A DNA stretch of 64,000 bases from Gaiellaceae bacterium (GTDB lineage Bacteria; Actinomycetota; Thermoleophilia; Gaiellales; Gaiellaceae): contig DATENZ010000055.1 of NCBI GenBank assembly GCA_035274625.1, forward strand, positions 5-64,004, read 5' to 3'. The position numbers and the translations under genes were made by a program. Shown one piece after another: positions 25,789 to 34,606 of this stretch. The first letter of the stretch is position 1, and the number at the start of each line of letters is the position of its first letter. The notes under the pieces were generated by a model. It saw nothing but the letters and a program-made list of their open reading frames with translations. It did no database searches and had not been told where the DNA came from.

Positions 25789-26757
25789 GTGGACAAAAGC
25801 GAAACCGGCTCGGCGAATTTTTTTGGTCCCGTTCAGGTCGCCCCAGCGGTGTCGCGCGAGGAACTGGCCGAGATCGCGGCGGTCGCAGACACCGTCGCCG
25901 GCTACCGGATCTCCCTCGACGAGCTCGAGCACGAACGGGCCACGGAGCCGGACATCGCGTTCGTGCTCGCTCGGATCGACGGCGAGCTCGTCGGCAGCGG
26001 CATCGGCAAGCGCTCGTCGATGCAGGGCACGTTGTACGCGATGGCGCGCGTCCTTCCGGACCGGCGTCGTCGAGGTGCAGGCAGCGCTCTCTACGCGGAG
26101 CTCTCCGAACATGCCCGTCGGCTCGGCCTCGAAGAGCTCTGGGGTCGTGTCGACGCAGGCGACGAGCAGGCGCTCGAGTTCGTCCGGCACCGCGGCTTCC
26201 GCGAGTTCAGCAGGGAGATCGAATCGGTCCTCACAATCGCGGAGACCCCACCCCCATGCGTCGACCCGCCGCCGGGGATCACGATCACCAATCTCGGCGA
26301 CCGGCCTGACCTCGCCGAAGCGTGCCACGCGGTCGATGCCGAAGGCGTCCCGGACATCCCCGTCGAGGCCGAGTTCGTGGCGGCGCCCTTCGAGCGCTGG
26401 CGGGCGCGGACGCTCGAGGGGCCCGACGCCCTCCCCCACGCGTGCGCCGTCGCCCTCGCCGGCGACGAGGTCGTCGGCTACGCGGCGCTGCTCGCGCGGC
26501 ACGCCCAGCCCGGAACCGCCGAGCACCAGCTGACGGCGGTGCGACGCGCGTGGCGGCGGCGTGGGATCGCGACCGCGCTGAAGCGCGCTCAGATCGCCTG
26601 GGCGGCAGCGGCCGGCTTCGAGCGCCTGGTCACCTTCAACGACGAGGTGAACATGGCGATGCGCGGCGTGAACGCGCAGCTCGGCTACGAGGCGCGGCCG
26701 CCGGTGCTGCTCGTGCGCGGCCCGCTCGTATCCGCTGCAGCCGACCGAGCGCGGTAG
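25789..26757 (+). CDS. Tandem GNAT-domain N-acetyltransferase
   Basis: Two acetyl-CoA-binding blocks: RRRGAGSALYAELSEHARRLG and WRRRGIATALKRAQIAWAAAAG. Confidence 0.8.
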   Translation: MDKSETGSANFFGPVQVAPAVSREELAEIAAVADTVAGYRISLDELEHERATEPDIAFVLARIDGELVGSGIGKRSSMQGTLYAMARVLPDRRRRGAGSALYAELSEHARRLGLEELWGRVDAGDEQALEFVRHRGFREFSREIESVLTIAETPPPCVDPPPGITITNLGDRPDLAEACHAVDAEGVPDIPVEAEFVAAPFERWRARTLEGPDALPHACAVALAGDEVVGYAALLARHAQPGTAEHQLTAVRRAWRRRGIATALKRAQIAWAAAAGFERLVTFNDEVNMAMRGVNAQLGYEARPPVLLVRGPLVSAAADRAR

Positions 26758-26768
26758 GATCGACGCTC

Positions 26769-26978
26769 GTGCACCTGCGCCCGCCCAGCATCGACCACGG
26801 TGTGATCTCGTTCGTGTGGGGGCTCGTGCTCGCGGTCCTGCTCTGGCTGTTCATGATCGGCGTCGGTGTGTCGAAGGCGACGTCGTTCATCATCTCCGCG
26901 CTCGCGGGGTGCGCGATCTTCCTGTACGTGCGCCTCTACGGCGAGGACCAGCCGCGCCGCCGCCGCTCCGCTCCCTGA
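26769..26978 (+). CDS. Small membrane protein (69 aa, two TM helices)
   Basis: GTG-initiated sub-ORF of track ORF 26322..26978: VISFVWGLVLAVLLWLFMIGVGV and FIISALAGCAIFLYV. No homology recognised. Confidence 0.45.
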   Translation: MHLRPPSIDHGVISFVWGLVLAVLLWLFMIGVGVSKATSFIISALAGCAIFLYVRLYGEDQPRRRRSAP

Positions 26979-27190
26979 CGCGCGAGCGCCGCGACGAGGC
27001 GCTCCGACCGCTCGGTGCCGAGCTGCTGGCGCAGCCGGTCGGCAGCCTGCGGCCGCCCGCCCGTGAGCGAGGCGCAGTGCGCGAGCAGCAACCGGCTGCC
27101 GCGCCCCGGAGCGACTGCGAAGCTCATATGCAGCTGTTATCGCCCAGGCTCCGGGATCGCGCGATCCCTGAGCCGGGTGCAACGGACGCG

Positions 27191-27748
27191 CTAGGCGACC
27201 GGCTGCTTCTCGCGGTCCTCGACGGGCGGCGCAGGCACGAGCGGCCGCTCCGGCCGGGCTGCCTCCAGCGGCGGCAGTGGCTCCTCGACGCGCTCCGACA
27301 CCGGCCGGCGCAGCTCGGTCGGAGCCGCCGGACCTGACGTGTCGAACGTGAAGCCGAACACGAGCCCGAGACCGAACGCCAGGACGCCGAGCCAGGTCCG
27401 CAGGTCGTCGACAACGCCGCCGATCCCGATGTCGTCCGACCACGCCGTCACATGGCGCTGGAACCAGTTGGCGCTCGGCTGCCCGGCGAGCAGCACCCAG
27501 CCCGCTGCGACCAGCACCGGTAGGAAGCCGATCAGGAGCACGCCGGCGGAGACCCGCGGCCACCCCCACTTCGTCCAGCCTCCGAAGAGCTGCGAGAGCG
27601 CCATCGTCAGCCCTGCAGCCGCCACGAGCCCGTACACCGCCCAGTAGCCGCCGGTCGTCCCCTGGCCGATCTGCGTCGAGATCCAGATCAGGAGCCCTGC
27701 GGCCGCCGCGCCGGCGAGGGTCGAGACACCACGCACGGAACCGATCAT
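27191..27748 (-). CDS. Hypothetical integral membrane protein (4 TM) with a Pro/Glu-rich tail
   Basis: 185-aa ORF with clear hydrophobic segments and GC3-rich codon usage. Confidence 0.6.
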   Translation of the reverse strand: MIGSVRGVSTLAGAAAAGLLIWISTQIGQGTTGGYWAVYGLVAAAGLTMALSQLFGGWTKWGWPRVSAGVLLIGFLPVLVAAGWVLLAGQPSANWFQRHVTAWSDDIGIGGVVDDLRTWLGVLAFGLGLVFGFTFDTSGPAAPTELRRPVSERVEEPLPPLEAARPERPLVPAPPVEDREKQPVA

Positions 27749-27803
27749 TCGACCACCTCCGCTGAACCACGTACCCGTTTTCGCGCGTGAGTAACGCTTG
27801 TAG

Positions 27804-28409
27804 CTAATGCAGCAAAAGCCGGCGCGCGTCGAATACCGCCGAATAGAGCTCGCTGCGAAAGGCCTCGAGCGTCTGGAGGGCGTCGTCGGCGAAGACGTGC
27901 TCGACGACGCCGATCGACTCGTCGTTATGGAACGGCAGGTCGACGTGCTCGTGCGAGACGAGGTTCACCGAGACGCACTCGCAGGCCGGGCAGCGGACCG
28001 CCAGCCCGATCTGCGCGCGCAGCCCGCCCGGGGCCAGCAGGCGAAACGACGACGGCGAGACCGGTCGCGGGCGATCCTCGGGGTAGCAGAAGAAGCTCCA
28101 CGGCCACTCGCCGGACTCGATCCTGCGCGCGGCCAAATCGCCGAGCTCGGTCTCCACCGCCTCGAGCCGGGCCGTCATCAGGTTCAGGAAGACACCGGCC
28201 TGCAGTCCCAGCGGCGCCCAGTCGAGGTCGTCGTGCGAGACGAAGCTCGGGTGCTCCTCCCCGCAGGGGCAGTCGAAGCTGATCTGGTAGACGACCGGAT
28301 GAGACGCGCCCGCCAGCCGCTCGATCCGCCGGAAGGAGGACAGGCGCACAGACGTCTCGCCGCGGGTCGGGCACGCGAACGTGTATCGCGTGGTCAGCAC
28401 GTCGTACAT
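27804..28409 (-). CDS. Hypothetical Cys/His-rich protein (201 aa)
   Basis: ATG-initiated part of the track ORF. Contains CPTRG, CPCGEEH and CPACEC clusters. No family recognised. Confidence 0.55.
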   Translation of the reverse strand: MYDVLTTRYTFACPTRGETSVRLSSFRRIERLAGASHPVVYQISFDCPCGEEHPSFVSHDDLDWAPLGLQAGVFLNLMTARLEAVETELGDLAARRIESGEWPWSFFCYPEDRPRPVSPSSFRLLAPGGLRAQIGLAVRCPACECVSVNLVSHEHVDLPFHNDESIGVVEHVFADDALQTLEAFRSELYSAVFDARRLLLH

Positions 28410-28486
28410 CGAGTGTCTTCTCTTAGCTAAGCGTCCGGACGAGCAATAAACAAGAGCCGTCCGGCTACGCGCGGCGAAGCCGCGCG

Positions 28487-29002
28487 CTAGTACTGGATCA
28501 GCGAATGGACGTCGTGGCCCGCGAGGCGCTCGCGGCCGTTCAGAAACGTCAGCTCGATGATGAACGGCAGGCCGACGACGACGCCGCCGAGCTGCTCGAC
28601 GAGCTCGACCGTCGCCTTGGCGGTCCCACCCGTGGCGAGGACGTCGTCGTGGATCAGCACGCGCTGGCCCTTCACGATCGCGTCCGCGTGCACCTCCAGC
28701 GAGTCGAAGCCGTACTCGAGCGCGTACTTGGCCGCCACCGTGCGCCACGGCAGCTTGCCCGGCTTCCGCGCCGCGACGAACCCGCAGCCGAGCCGGCACG
28801 CCAGCGCGCCGCCTGTGATGTAGCCCCGCGCCTCCGCTCCCAGCACGACGTCGGGCGCACGGGGCTCCGCCCACGCCGCGAGCTGGTCGATCGCCTCCGC
28901 CAGCGCCTCCGCGTCGGCGAGCAGCGGCATGATGTCCTTGAAGACGATCCCGGGCTTCGGGAAGTCGGGGACGTCGCGGATCTTGCTCGTCAGGTCGATC
29001 AC
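28487..29002 (-). CDS. apt: Adenine phosphoribosyltransferase
   Basis: IRDVPDFPKPGIVFKDI opening and PRPP loop VLIHDDVLATGGTA. The GTG overlaps the MerR stop (GTGA). Confidence 0.9.
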   Translation of the reverse strand: MIDLTSKIRDVPDFPKPGIVFKDIMPLLADAEALAEAIDQLAAWAEPRAPDVVLGAEARGYITGGALACRLGCGFVAARKPGKLPWRTVAAKYALEYGFDSLEVHADAIVKGQRVLIHDDVLATGGTAKATVELVEQLGGVVVGLPFIIELTFLNGRERLAGHDVHSLIQY

Positions 29003-29655
29003 GCCGCCCCCACGCGATGGCGAAGTGAGCGCCAGAACAGCAGCTGGTTCAGCTCCTGCGCGAGCTCCGCGAGCCCGTGCAGGTCCTCGAGCGCGCCCTG
29101 GCGGGCCTCCGGGTTCCGGGAGCGGATCTTCGGGACGAGCGCGCCGAGGAGCTCCGCCTGGTTCTCGGCGGCGGTGACGAACTTGCGCAGGTGGCGGGCA
29201 TCGGCGCCGGCGGCCGTCAAGCGCGCCGAGACCTGCGCCATGTCGACGTCGCTGTCGGTGTAGGGCGGCTCGAGCAGCCCGTAGTCGGCGAGCTCGCGCG
29301 CCTGCTGGGGGCTGATCCCCGCGCGGTCGCACAGCTCCTCCAGCTCGATCTCGTGCTCGTGGGCGGCCAGCCCACCGCGCCGGCGGCGGCGCTCCTTGCC
29401 GGGCGCGGCCAGCTCCTGGCGGATGACGCGGAGCGGCAGGAACTCGTCCCGCTGGAGCCTCAGAATCGTCTCCAGGCGCTCGACGTCCTCCTCGCTGAAC
29501 AGGCGGTACCCGCCGCGCGTCCGCTTCGGCGCGAGCAGCCCCTGGTCCTCGAGGTAGCGGATCTTGGAGATCGAGATGTCGGGGAACTCGGATTGGAGCC
29601 GGCGGCAGACGGAGCCGATCGTGTGCAGCCGGGGTGCCTGTGCCGCCGTCGTCAT
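28999..29655 (-). CDS. MerR family transcriptional regulator
   Basis: N-terminal HTH (ISKIRYLEDQGLLAPKRTRGGYRLFSEEDVERL). Its position downstream of an FHA gene matches the actinobacterial garA-merR arrangement. Confidence 0.85.
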   Translation of the reverse strand: MTTAAQAPRLHTIGSVCRRLQSEFPDISISKIRYLEDQGLLAPKRTRGGYRLFSEEDVERLETILRLQRDEFLPLRVIRQELAAPGKERRRRRGGLAAHEHEIELEELCDRAGISPQQARELADYGLLEPPYTDSDVDMAQVSARLTAAGADARHLRKFVTAAENQAELLGALVPKIRSRNPEARQGALEDLHGLAELAQELNQLLFWRSLRHRVGAA

Positions 29656-30116
29656 CGCGCGAGGAAGATCAGTCGGTACTTGCCGATCTGGACCTCGTCG
29701 CCGTTCTCGAGCCGCGAGCGCTCGATCCGGTGCCGGTTCAGGAAGGTCCCGTTCAGGCTTCCGAGGTCCTCGATCGTGAAGCCGTCGTCGCTCCTGGCGA
29801 TCACCGCATGGCGGCGGGAGACGGTCACGTCGTCGAGGAAGATGTCGCAGTCGGGCGTGCGCCCGACCGTCGTCTGCTGCTTGTCGATGATGAACTGCTC
29901 ACCCGTGCGGCCGCCTCCCGAGCGGACGACGAGGGCCGGCCCCTCGACCCCGAGCTCTTCGACGCCGACGCCCCCCTGCTCCTCGATCTCCTCGGCCGAG
30001 AGCGCGACCGTCTGATCGACCTCCCCTTCCCGCACCAGGTGCGCACCGCAGCGCGAGCAGTAATGCGCGGATTCGGGGTTCTGGAACCCGCACTCGGGAC
30101 AGTAGACGTGGCTCAA
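29652..30116 (-). CDS. FHA-domain protein with an N-terminal zinc ribbon
   Basis: CPECG...CSRCG ribbon, then FHA core (TVGRTPDCDIFLDDVTVSRRHAVI, GSLNGTFLN). Confidence 0.85.
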   Translation of the reverse strand: MSHVYCPECGFQNPESAHYCSRCGAHLVREGEVDQTVALSAEEIEEQGGVGVEELGVEGPALVVRSGGGRTGEQFIIDKQQTTVGRTPDCDIFLDDVTVSRRHAVIARSDDGFTIEDLGSLNGTFLNRHRIERSRLENGDEVQIGKYRLIFLAR

Positions 30117-30129
30117 ACCGGTCTTGAGC

Positions 30130-30375
30130 TCATTCAGCGGTCGGCGGCGAGCCCTTGCCCGCGAGGATGTCCGTCAGGCGGGCGACGTCGACGTGGGCCA
30201 GCTCGCCCTCTCCCTTCTTCTGCAGCCGGGCGACGAGCTCCGCGCGCAGGATGTCCAGCTTCCCGTGCAGGAGCCGCCGGTGGTACGAGATCTCGTCCTC
30301 TTCCTTCTCGAGCGAGCGGATCAGCTCCTTCAGCTCGCCGTCGGACAGAGAAGCAAGGTCCGGAAGCGCTTCCAT
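30130..30375 (-). CDS. Small coiled-coil protein with an RsiG-like c-di-GMP-binding motif
   Basis: 81 aa; E26-x3-S30-x2-R33-x3-H37-x3-D41 within EEDEISYHRRLLHGKLDILRAEL. Confidence 0.55.
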   Translation of the reverse strand: MEALPDLASLSDGELKELIRSLEKEEDEISYHRRLLHGKLDILRAELVARLQKKGEGELAHVDVARLTDILAGKGSPPTAE

Positions 30376-30441
30376 CTCATCCCTTCTGTGGCTGGTGGGG
30401 TCGCACGCCCATTGAAGCAGTAGGGCGCCGAAGGTTCAACC

Positions 30442-32964
30442 TCAGCTTGAGATTTGCGCTCCGACCGGAGTCTCCTGCCCCTGCATCACCTCTTCGATCA
30501 GTGCATGCAGCTCGGCTTCCAGCTCGGCCGAGGCGTCGTCGGAGGCGCCCTCGGCGTAGACGTGGATCAGCGGCTCGTCCGGGTCCGGCAGGACCTCGGC
30601 CCATCCGCGCTCGTCGAGCACCTTGATCCCGTCGGTCAGATCGAGCTCGCGGCCCTTCAGACGTTCCGTCAGGACGCGCATCACGAGCCCCTTCAGGGCC
30701 CACGGGCAGGCGAGCTGGCGGTGGACGACCGTCGACGCCGGGAGGTCGGCGATCAGCTCCGAGAGGGGCAGCTCGATCGGCGCGAGCAGCTCGAGCAGCT
30801 TGCAGAGGCTGGCGACGGCGTCGTAGGCCGGCAGGAACTGCGGGAAGACGTACACGCCGCCGACGGCGCCGGCGAAGACGACGCCGTTCTGGGAGGCGCT
30901 CCTGGTCAGCTCGCCGACCGCAGCCGGGGTCCGGACGACCTCGAGGCCCGCGGTCGACGCCAGCTCCTCGACCCGGCTCGTCACGGTGATCGGGAAGGCG
31001 ACCTTCCCCGAGCGCCCGCTCGCGCCGATCAGCCGCAGGAACAGGAGCAGGGCGTGCTCGACCGGGATCTCCCGCGCCCGCTCGTCGACGAGGAACAGAC
31101 GCTCGCCCGAGCGGTCGAAGACGGCGCCGAGATCGGCCCCGATCGCGGCGACCAGCCGCTTCGCCTGCCCCATCGACTCGCGGACCGACGCCGCCGTCGC
31201 CGCCTCCTCGGTCGTGAACCCATGGGCGGAGACCGCCTCGACGCCGAGCGGGCCGAGGAGGAGCGGGAGGACGAACGAGGACGCCGAGTAGCCGTAGTCG
31301 ACGACGACTCGGAAGCGTCGCGCCTTGATTGTCTCCACGTCCAGCTCGGAGAGCAGGTCCTGGGCATAGCTCTCGCGGACGCGGGCCGGGTACGTGACGC
31401 TGCCGATGTCCGTGAACGGCACCCGCCGCAGCTCGCGGCGGTTGAAGTGCTTCTCGACCTCCTTCTCGAGCGCGCTGCTCATCTGGATACCCTGCTGCTC
31501 GAAGAAGCGGATCTGGATCGTGTCCGGATCGGTCTGACTGACGCCGACGTGGAAGCCGGCGTCGTAGCCGTGTGTCTTCATCAGGTGGCGGCTGACGGCA
31601 GAGGGCAGCACGCGCAGGTCGGCGACGTCGACCCCGGCCGAATTGAGGCCCGTGATCATCGCGCGCTTGATCATCCTGCAGGCCCGCGGCGACTCGCGGC
31701 TCGCGACCACGCGCGCGCCGCGCTTCAGGGCCGTGCCGAAGGCGGCGGCGAGCCGGACGGCGACCTCGGGCGTCAGGTCGACGTTGATCAGCCCGGCGAC
31801 TCCGTCCTTCCCGAACAGGGTCGAGGTGCCCCGCGACTCCCAGATCAGGCTCTCGTGGATGTGCGCGCCGGACTCGACCTCCTTGTACGGGTAGATGCGC
31901 ACGCCCGGGAGCACCATGCTCTGCGCGCCGAGCACGACCTCGTCTCCGATCGCCGCGCCCTCCTGGATGCGGACGTGGGAACGGAGGTCGCACGCCTTGC
32001 CGACGATCGCCCCTTCGACGAGCGCGCTGCGGCCGATGTGCGTGTTCGCGTCGACGACCGAGCGGACGGTGCGCGCGTGCTCGCGGAGCGTGACGCTCGC
32101 CGAGAGCACGGAGTACGGCCCGATCGACGCCTGTGGGGAGATCCGGCAGTAGTTGCCGATGAACGCCGGCCCTTCGACGTCCTCGAGATCGTCGATCTCC
32201 ACCCCCTCGCCGATCCAGATGTTCCCGCGCAGGCGGATGCCCGGAACGTTCAGCGCGACGCGCCCGTCCAGCGCGTCGAAGTTCGCCTGCCGGAACTGGT
32301 CGATGTTCCCGATGTCCTGCCAGTAGCCGTCGAGCACCTTCCCGTACAGCGGCCGCCCCATCTCGAGCAGGAGCGGGAAGAGCTCCTTGGAGAAGTCGTA
32401 CGGCCGGTCGGTGGGGACGTGCTCGAGCACCTCCGGCTCGAGCACGTAGATGCCGGTGTTGATCGTGTCCGAGAAGACCTGACCCCACGAGGGCTTCTCG
32501 AGGAACCGCTCGATGCGACCGTCCTCGTCGGTGACGACGATCCCGAACTCGAGCGGGTTCTCGACCGACTTGAGGCCGATCGTCACGGCGGCGCGGCGCT
32601 CGCGGTGGAAGTCGACGAGCTCCGTCAGGTCGACGTCGCAGAGCGCGTCGCCGGAGATGACGAGCACCGTGTCGTCGAGCTTGCCGTACGCGAGGCGGAC
32701 GGAGCCGGCCGTGCCGAGCGGCGACTCCTCGACCGAGTACTCGACCCGGACCCCGAGCGACTCACCCGTGCCGAAGTAGCTCCGGATCGACTGCGGCAGG
32801 AAGGCGACGGTGACGATCACGTCCTCGAAGCCGTGCATCCGCAGCAGCTCGATGATGTGCTCCATGCAGGGCTTGCCGACGATCGGGACCATCGGCTTCG
32901 GCTGGTTCGAGGTCAGCGGGCGAAGCCGCGTGCCCTCGCCCCCCGCCATCACGACCGCTCTCAT
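30442..32964 (-). CDS. Sugar-1-phosphate nucleotidylyltransferase / phosphomannomutase-like fusion (840 aa)
   Basis: N-terminal MAGGEGTRLRPLT motif, a left-handed beta-helix middle, and a C-terminal alpha-D-phosphohexomutase-like region. The ATG at 32964 overlaps the pgsA stop. Confidence 0.8.
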   Translation of the reverse strand: MRAVVMAGGEGTRLRPLTSNQPKPMVPIVGKPCMEHIIELLRMHGFEDVIVTVAFLPQSIRSYFGTGESLGVRVEYSVEESPLGTAGSVRLAYGKLDDTVLVISGDALCDVDLTELVDFHRERRAAVTIGLKSVENPLEFGIVVTDEDGRIERFLEKPSWGQVFSDTINTGIYVLEPEVLEHVPTDRPYDFSKELFPLLLEMGRPLYGKVLDGYWQDIGNIDQFRQANFDALDGRVALNVPGIRLRGNIWIGEGVEIDDLEDVEGPAFIGNYCRISPQASIGPYSVLSASVTLREHARTVRSVVDANTHIGRSALVEGAIVGKACDLRSHVRIQEGAAIGDEVVLGAQSMVLPGVRIYPYKEVESGAHIHESLIWESRGTSTLFGKDGVAGLINVDLTPEVAVRLAAAFGTALKRGARVVASRESPRACRMIKRAMITGLNSAGVDVADLRVLPSAVSRHLMKTHGYDAGFHVGVSQTDPDTIQIRFFEQQGIQMSSALEKEVEKHFNRRELRRVPFTDIGSVTYPARVRESYAQDLLSELDVETIKARRFRVVVDYGYSASSFVLPLLLGPLGVEAVSAHGFTTEEAATAASVRESMGQAKRLVAAIGADLGAVFDRSGERLFLVDERAREIPVEHALLLFLRLIGASGRSGKVAFPITVTSRVEELASTAGLEVVRTPAAVGELTRSASQNGVVFAGAVGGVYVFPQFLPAYDAVASLCKLLELLAPIELPLSELIADLPASTVVHRQLACPWALKGLVMRVLTERLKGRELDLTDGIKVLDERGWAEVLPDPDEPLIHVYAEGASDDASAELEAELHALIEEVMQGQETPVGAQISS

Positions 32965-33548
32965 GTCTCCGTCACCTCGAAACGCCGCCCGCCGCGGATC
33001 GCGCGCCACGCGGAGCCCACGTATAGCACCGCGGCGCCGACGGCCATCCCCAGGCCGATCCAGAAGAGCCACAGCGGCCAGTGCGTGCCGTCAGGTGTGA
33101 CGATCACGAACGCCACGCCCGCATAGAGCACCCACGTCGCCGCCTTGCCGAGGAAGCTGACCGAGAACTCGTACCCGCGTGGAAGGACGACGCGGGTGCC
33201 GGCGAGCAGCAGCGCGTCGCGGGCGACGATCACCGCGAGCGCCGGCCATGGCAGCCGGTCCGCGACGACGAGCATGATCACAGCCGCGTCGATCATCAGC
33301 CGGTCGGCGAGCGGGTCGGCGTACTTGCCGAACTCGGACTCGACGTGCCAGCGGCGCGCGAGCCAGCCGTCGATCTGGTCGGTGATCGCGGCCGCTCCGA
33401 AGAGGATCCCGGATGCCCAGTCGTGCCCGCCCTCGGCCTTGGCGAGGAGGACGACGAAGGGCGGGATCATCGCGAACCGCGCAATCGTCAGGGCGTTCGG
33501 CAGCTTCGCGAGCGGAGGTGCAGGGGCGGAAGCGGCAGCCAAGGTCAT
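32961..33548 (-). CDS. pgsA: CDP-alcohol phosphatidyltransferase (PgsA-like)
   Basis: DQIDGWLAR...G...DPLADR CDP-alcohol motif and multiple TM helices. Confidence 0.85.
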   Translation of the reverse strand: MTLAAASAPAPPLAKLPNALTIARFAMIPPFVVLLAKAEGGHDWASGILFGAAAITDQIDGWLARRWHVESEFGKYADPLADRLMIDAAVIMLVVADRLPWPALAVIVARDALLLAGTRVVLPRGYEFSVSFLGKAATWVLYAGVAFVIVTPDGTHWPLWLFWIGLGMAVGAAVLYVGSAWRAIRGGRRFEVTET

Positions 33549-33598
33549 CCTAGGATAGTCCCCCTCCGGCGGCCTCCAGGAAACGGAAGAATCCGCCC

Positions 33599-34606
33599 GT
33601 GGCCGAGGCGCTGAGCCTGCCGGGGTTCGTCAACGCCCATTCGCACACGTTCCAGCGGCGGTTGCGCGGGCGGAGCGAGGGCGGCGATTTCTGGACGTGG
33701 CGCGACGCGATGCTGCAGGAGGCGGAGCGCCAGACCGTCGAGACGATCCGGGAGGAGTACGCCGCGACCTACCGCGAGATGCTCGCCGCCGGATACACGG
33801 TCGTCGGGGAGTTCCACTACCTCGGCTTTCAGGAGGCGGTAGCGGCCTCGGAGGCCGCCGGGGCCGCCGGGATCGAGCTGGTGCTCCTCCTGGGCGCTTA
33901 CGCGCGCGGAGGGCTCGAGCGGTTCCGGCAGGCGTCACCCGCCGAGTATCTGAACCAGGTCGAGGCGCTCCGGAGCCGCGGCCTGCGGGTCGGGCTTGCC
34001 CCCCACTCCGTCCGCGCCTGCCCGGCCGACTGGCTCGAGGAGATCGGCCGCTACGCAGCCGAGCACGCATTGCCGCTGCACGTGCACGCGGACGAGCAGC
34101 CGCGCGAGATCGAGGAGTGCGTCGCGGAGCACGGTGCCCGGCCGATCGAGGTCCTCGCCAGGGCGGGCTGCCTCGGCCCGCAGTCGACGGTCGTCCACGC
34201 GACGCACGCCGACGGCGGTGAGCTCGCTCTGCTCGCGCAAGCCGGCTCGCGCGTCTGCCTCTGCCCGACGACCGAGGCGAACCTCGGCGACGGCTTCGCG
34301 CCGATCGCGGCGTTCTGCGAGCACGGGATCGGGATGTGCATCGGGTCGGACTCGAACGTCCGCATCGACCCGCTGGAGGAGCTGCGCGAGCTCGAAGGGA
34401 TCGCGCGGCGCGCGAGCGGCCGCCGGAACATCGTCTCGGTCGGGTCGCTGCTCTGCTTCGGGGCGGACGAGGGAGCGGCGTCCCTGGGTCTGGACACGTG
34501 GCCGGAGACGAGCGTCGACCTCGACCACCCGTCGCTGCGCGGCGTCGCGTCCGAGGACGTACTCGGCGCCCTCGTCCTCGGCTGCGCCGCCGACGTCTTC
34601 GTCTAG
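33599..34606 (+). CDS. Amidohydrolase-superfamily deaminase (HutF / guanine-deaminase-like), compact form
   Basis: Metal motif GFVNAHSHTFQR near the N-terminus, FWTWRD, HVHADEQ, HATH, GSDSN. Confidence 0.7.
   Translation: MAEALSLPGFVNAHSHTFQRRLRGRSEGGDFWTWRDAMLQEAERQTVETIREEYAATYREMLAAGYTVVGEFHYLGFQEAVAASEAAGAAGIELVLLLGAYARGGLERFRQASPAEYLNQVEALRSRGLRVGLAPHSVRACPADWLEEIGRYAAEHALPLHVHADEQPREIEECVAEHGARPIEVLARAGCLGPQSTVVHATHADGGELALLAQAGSRVCLCPTTEANLGDGFAPIAAFCEHGIGMCIGSDSNVRIDPLEELRELEGIARRASGRRNIVSVGSLLCFGADEGAASLGLDTWPETSVDLDHPSLRGVASEDVLGALVLGCAADVFV

Noticed and set aside
26936-27127. 63-aa minus-strand ORF between the small membrane protein and the 4-TM protein
   Set aside because: It has no RBS and no recognisable motif, overlaps the 3' end of the plus-strand small ORF, and has an Arg-rich tail. 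Support is insufficient.
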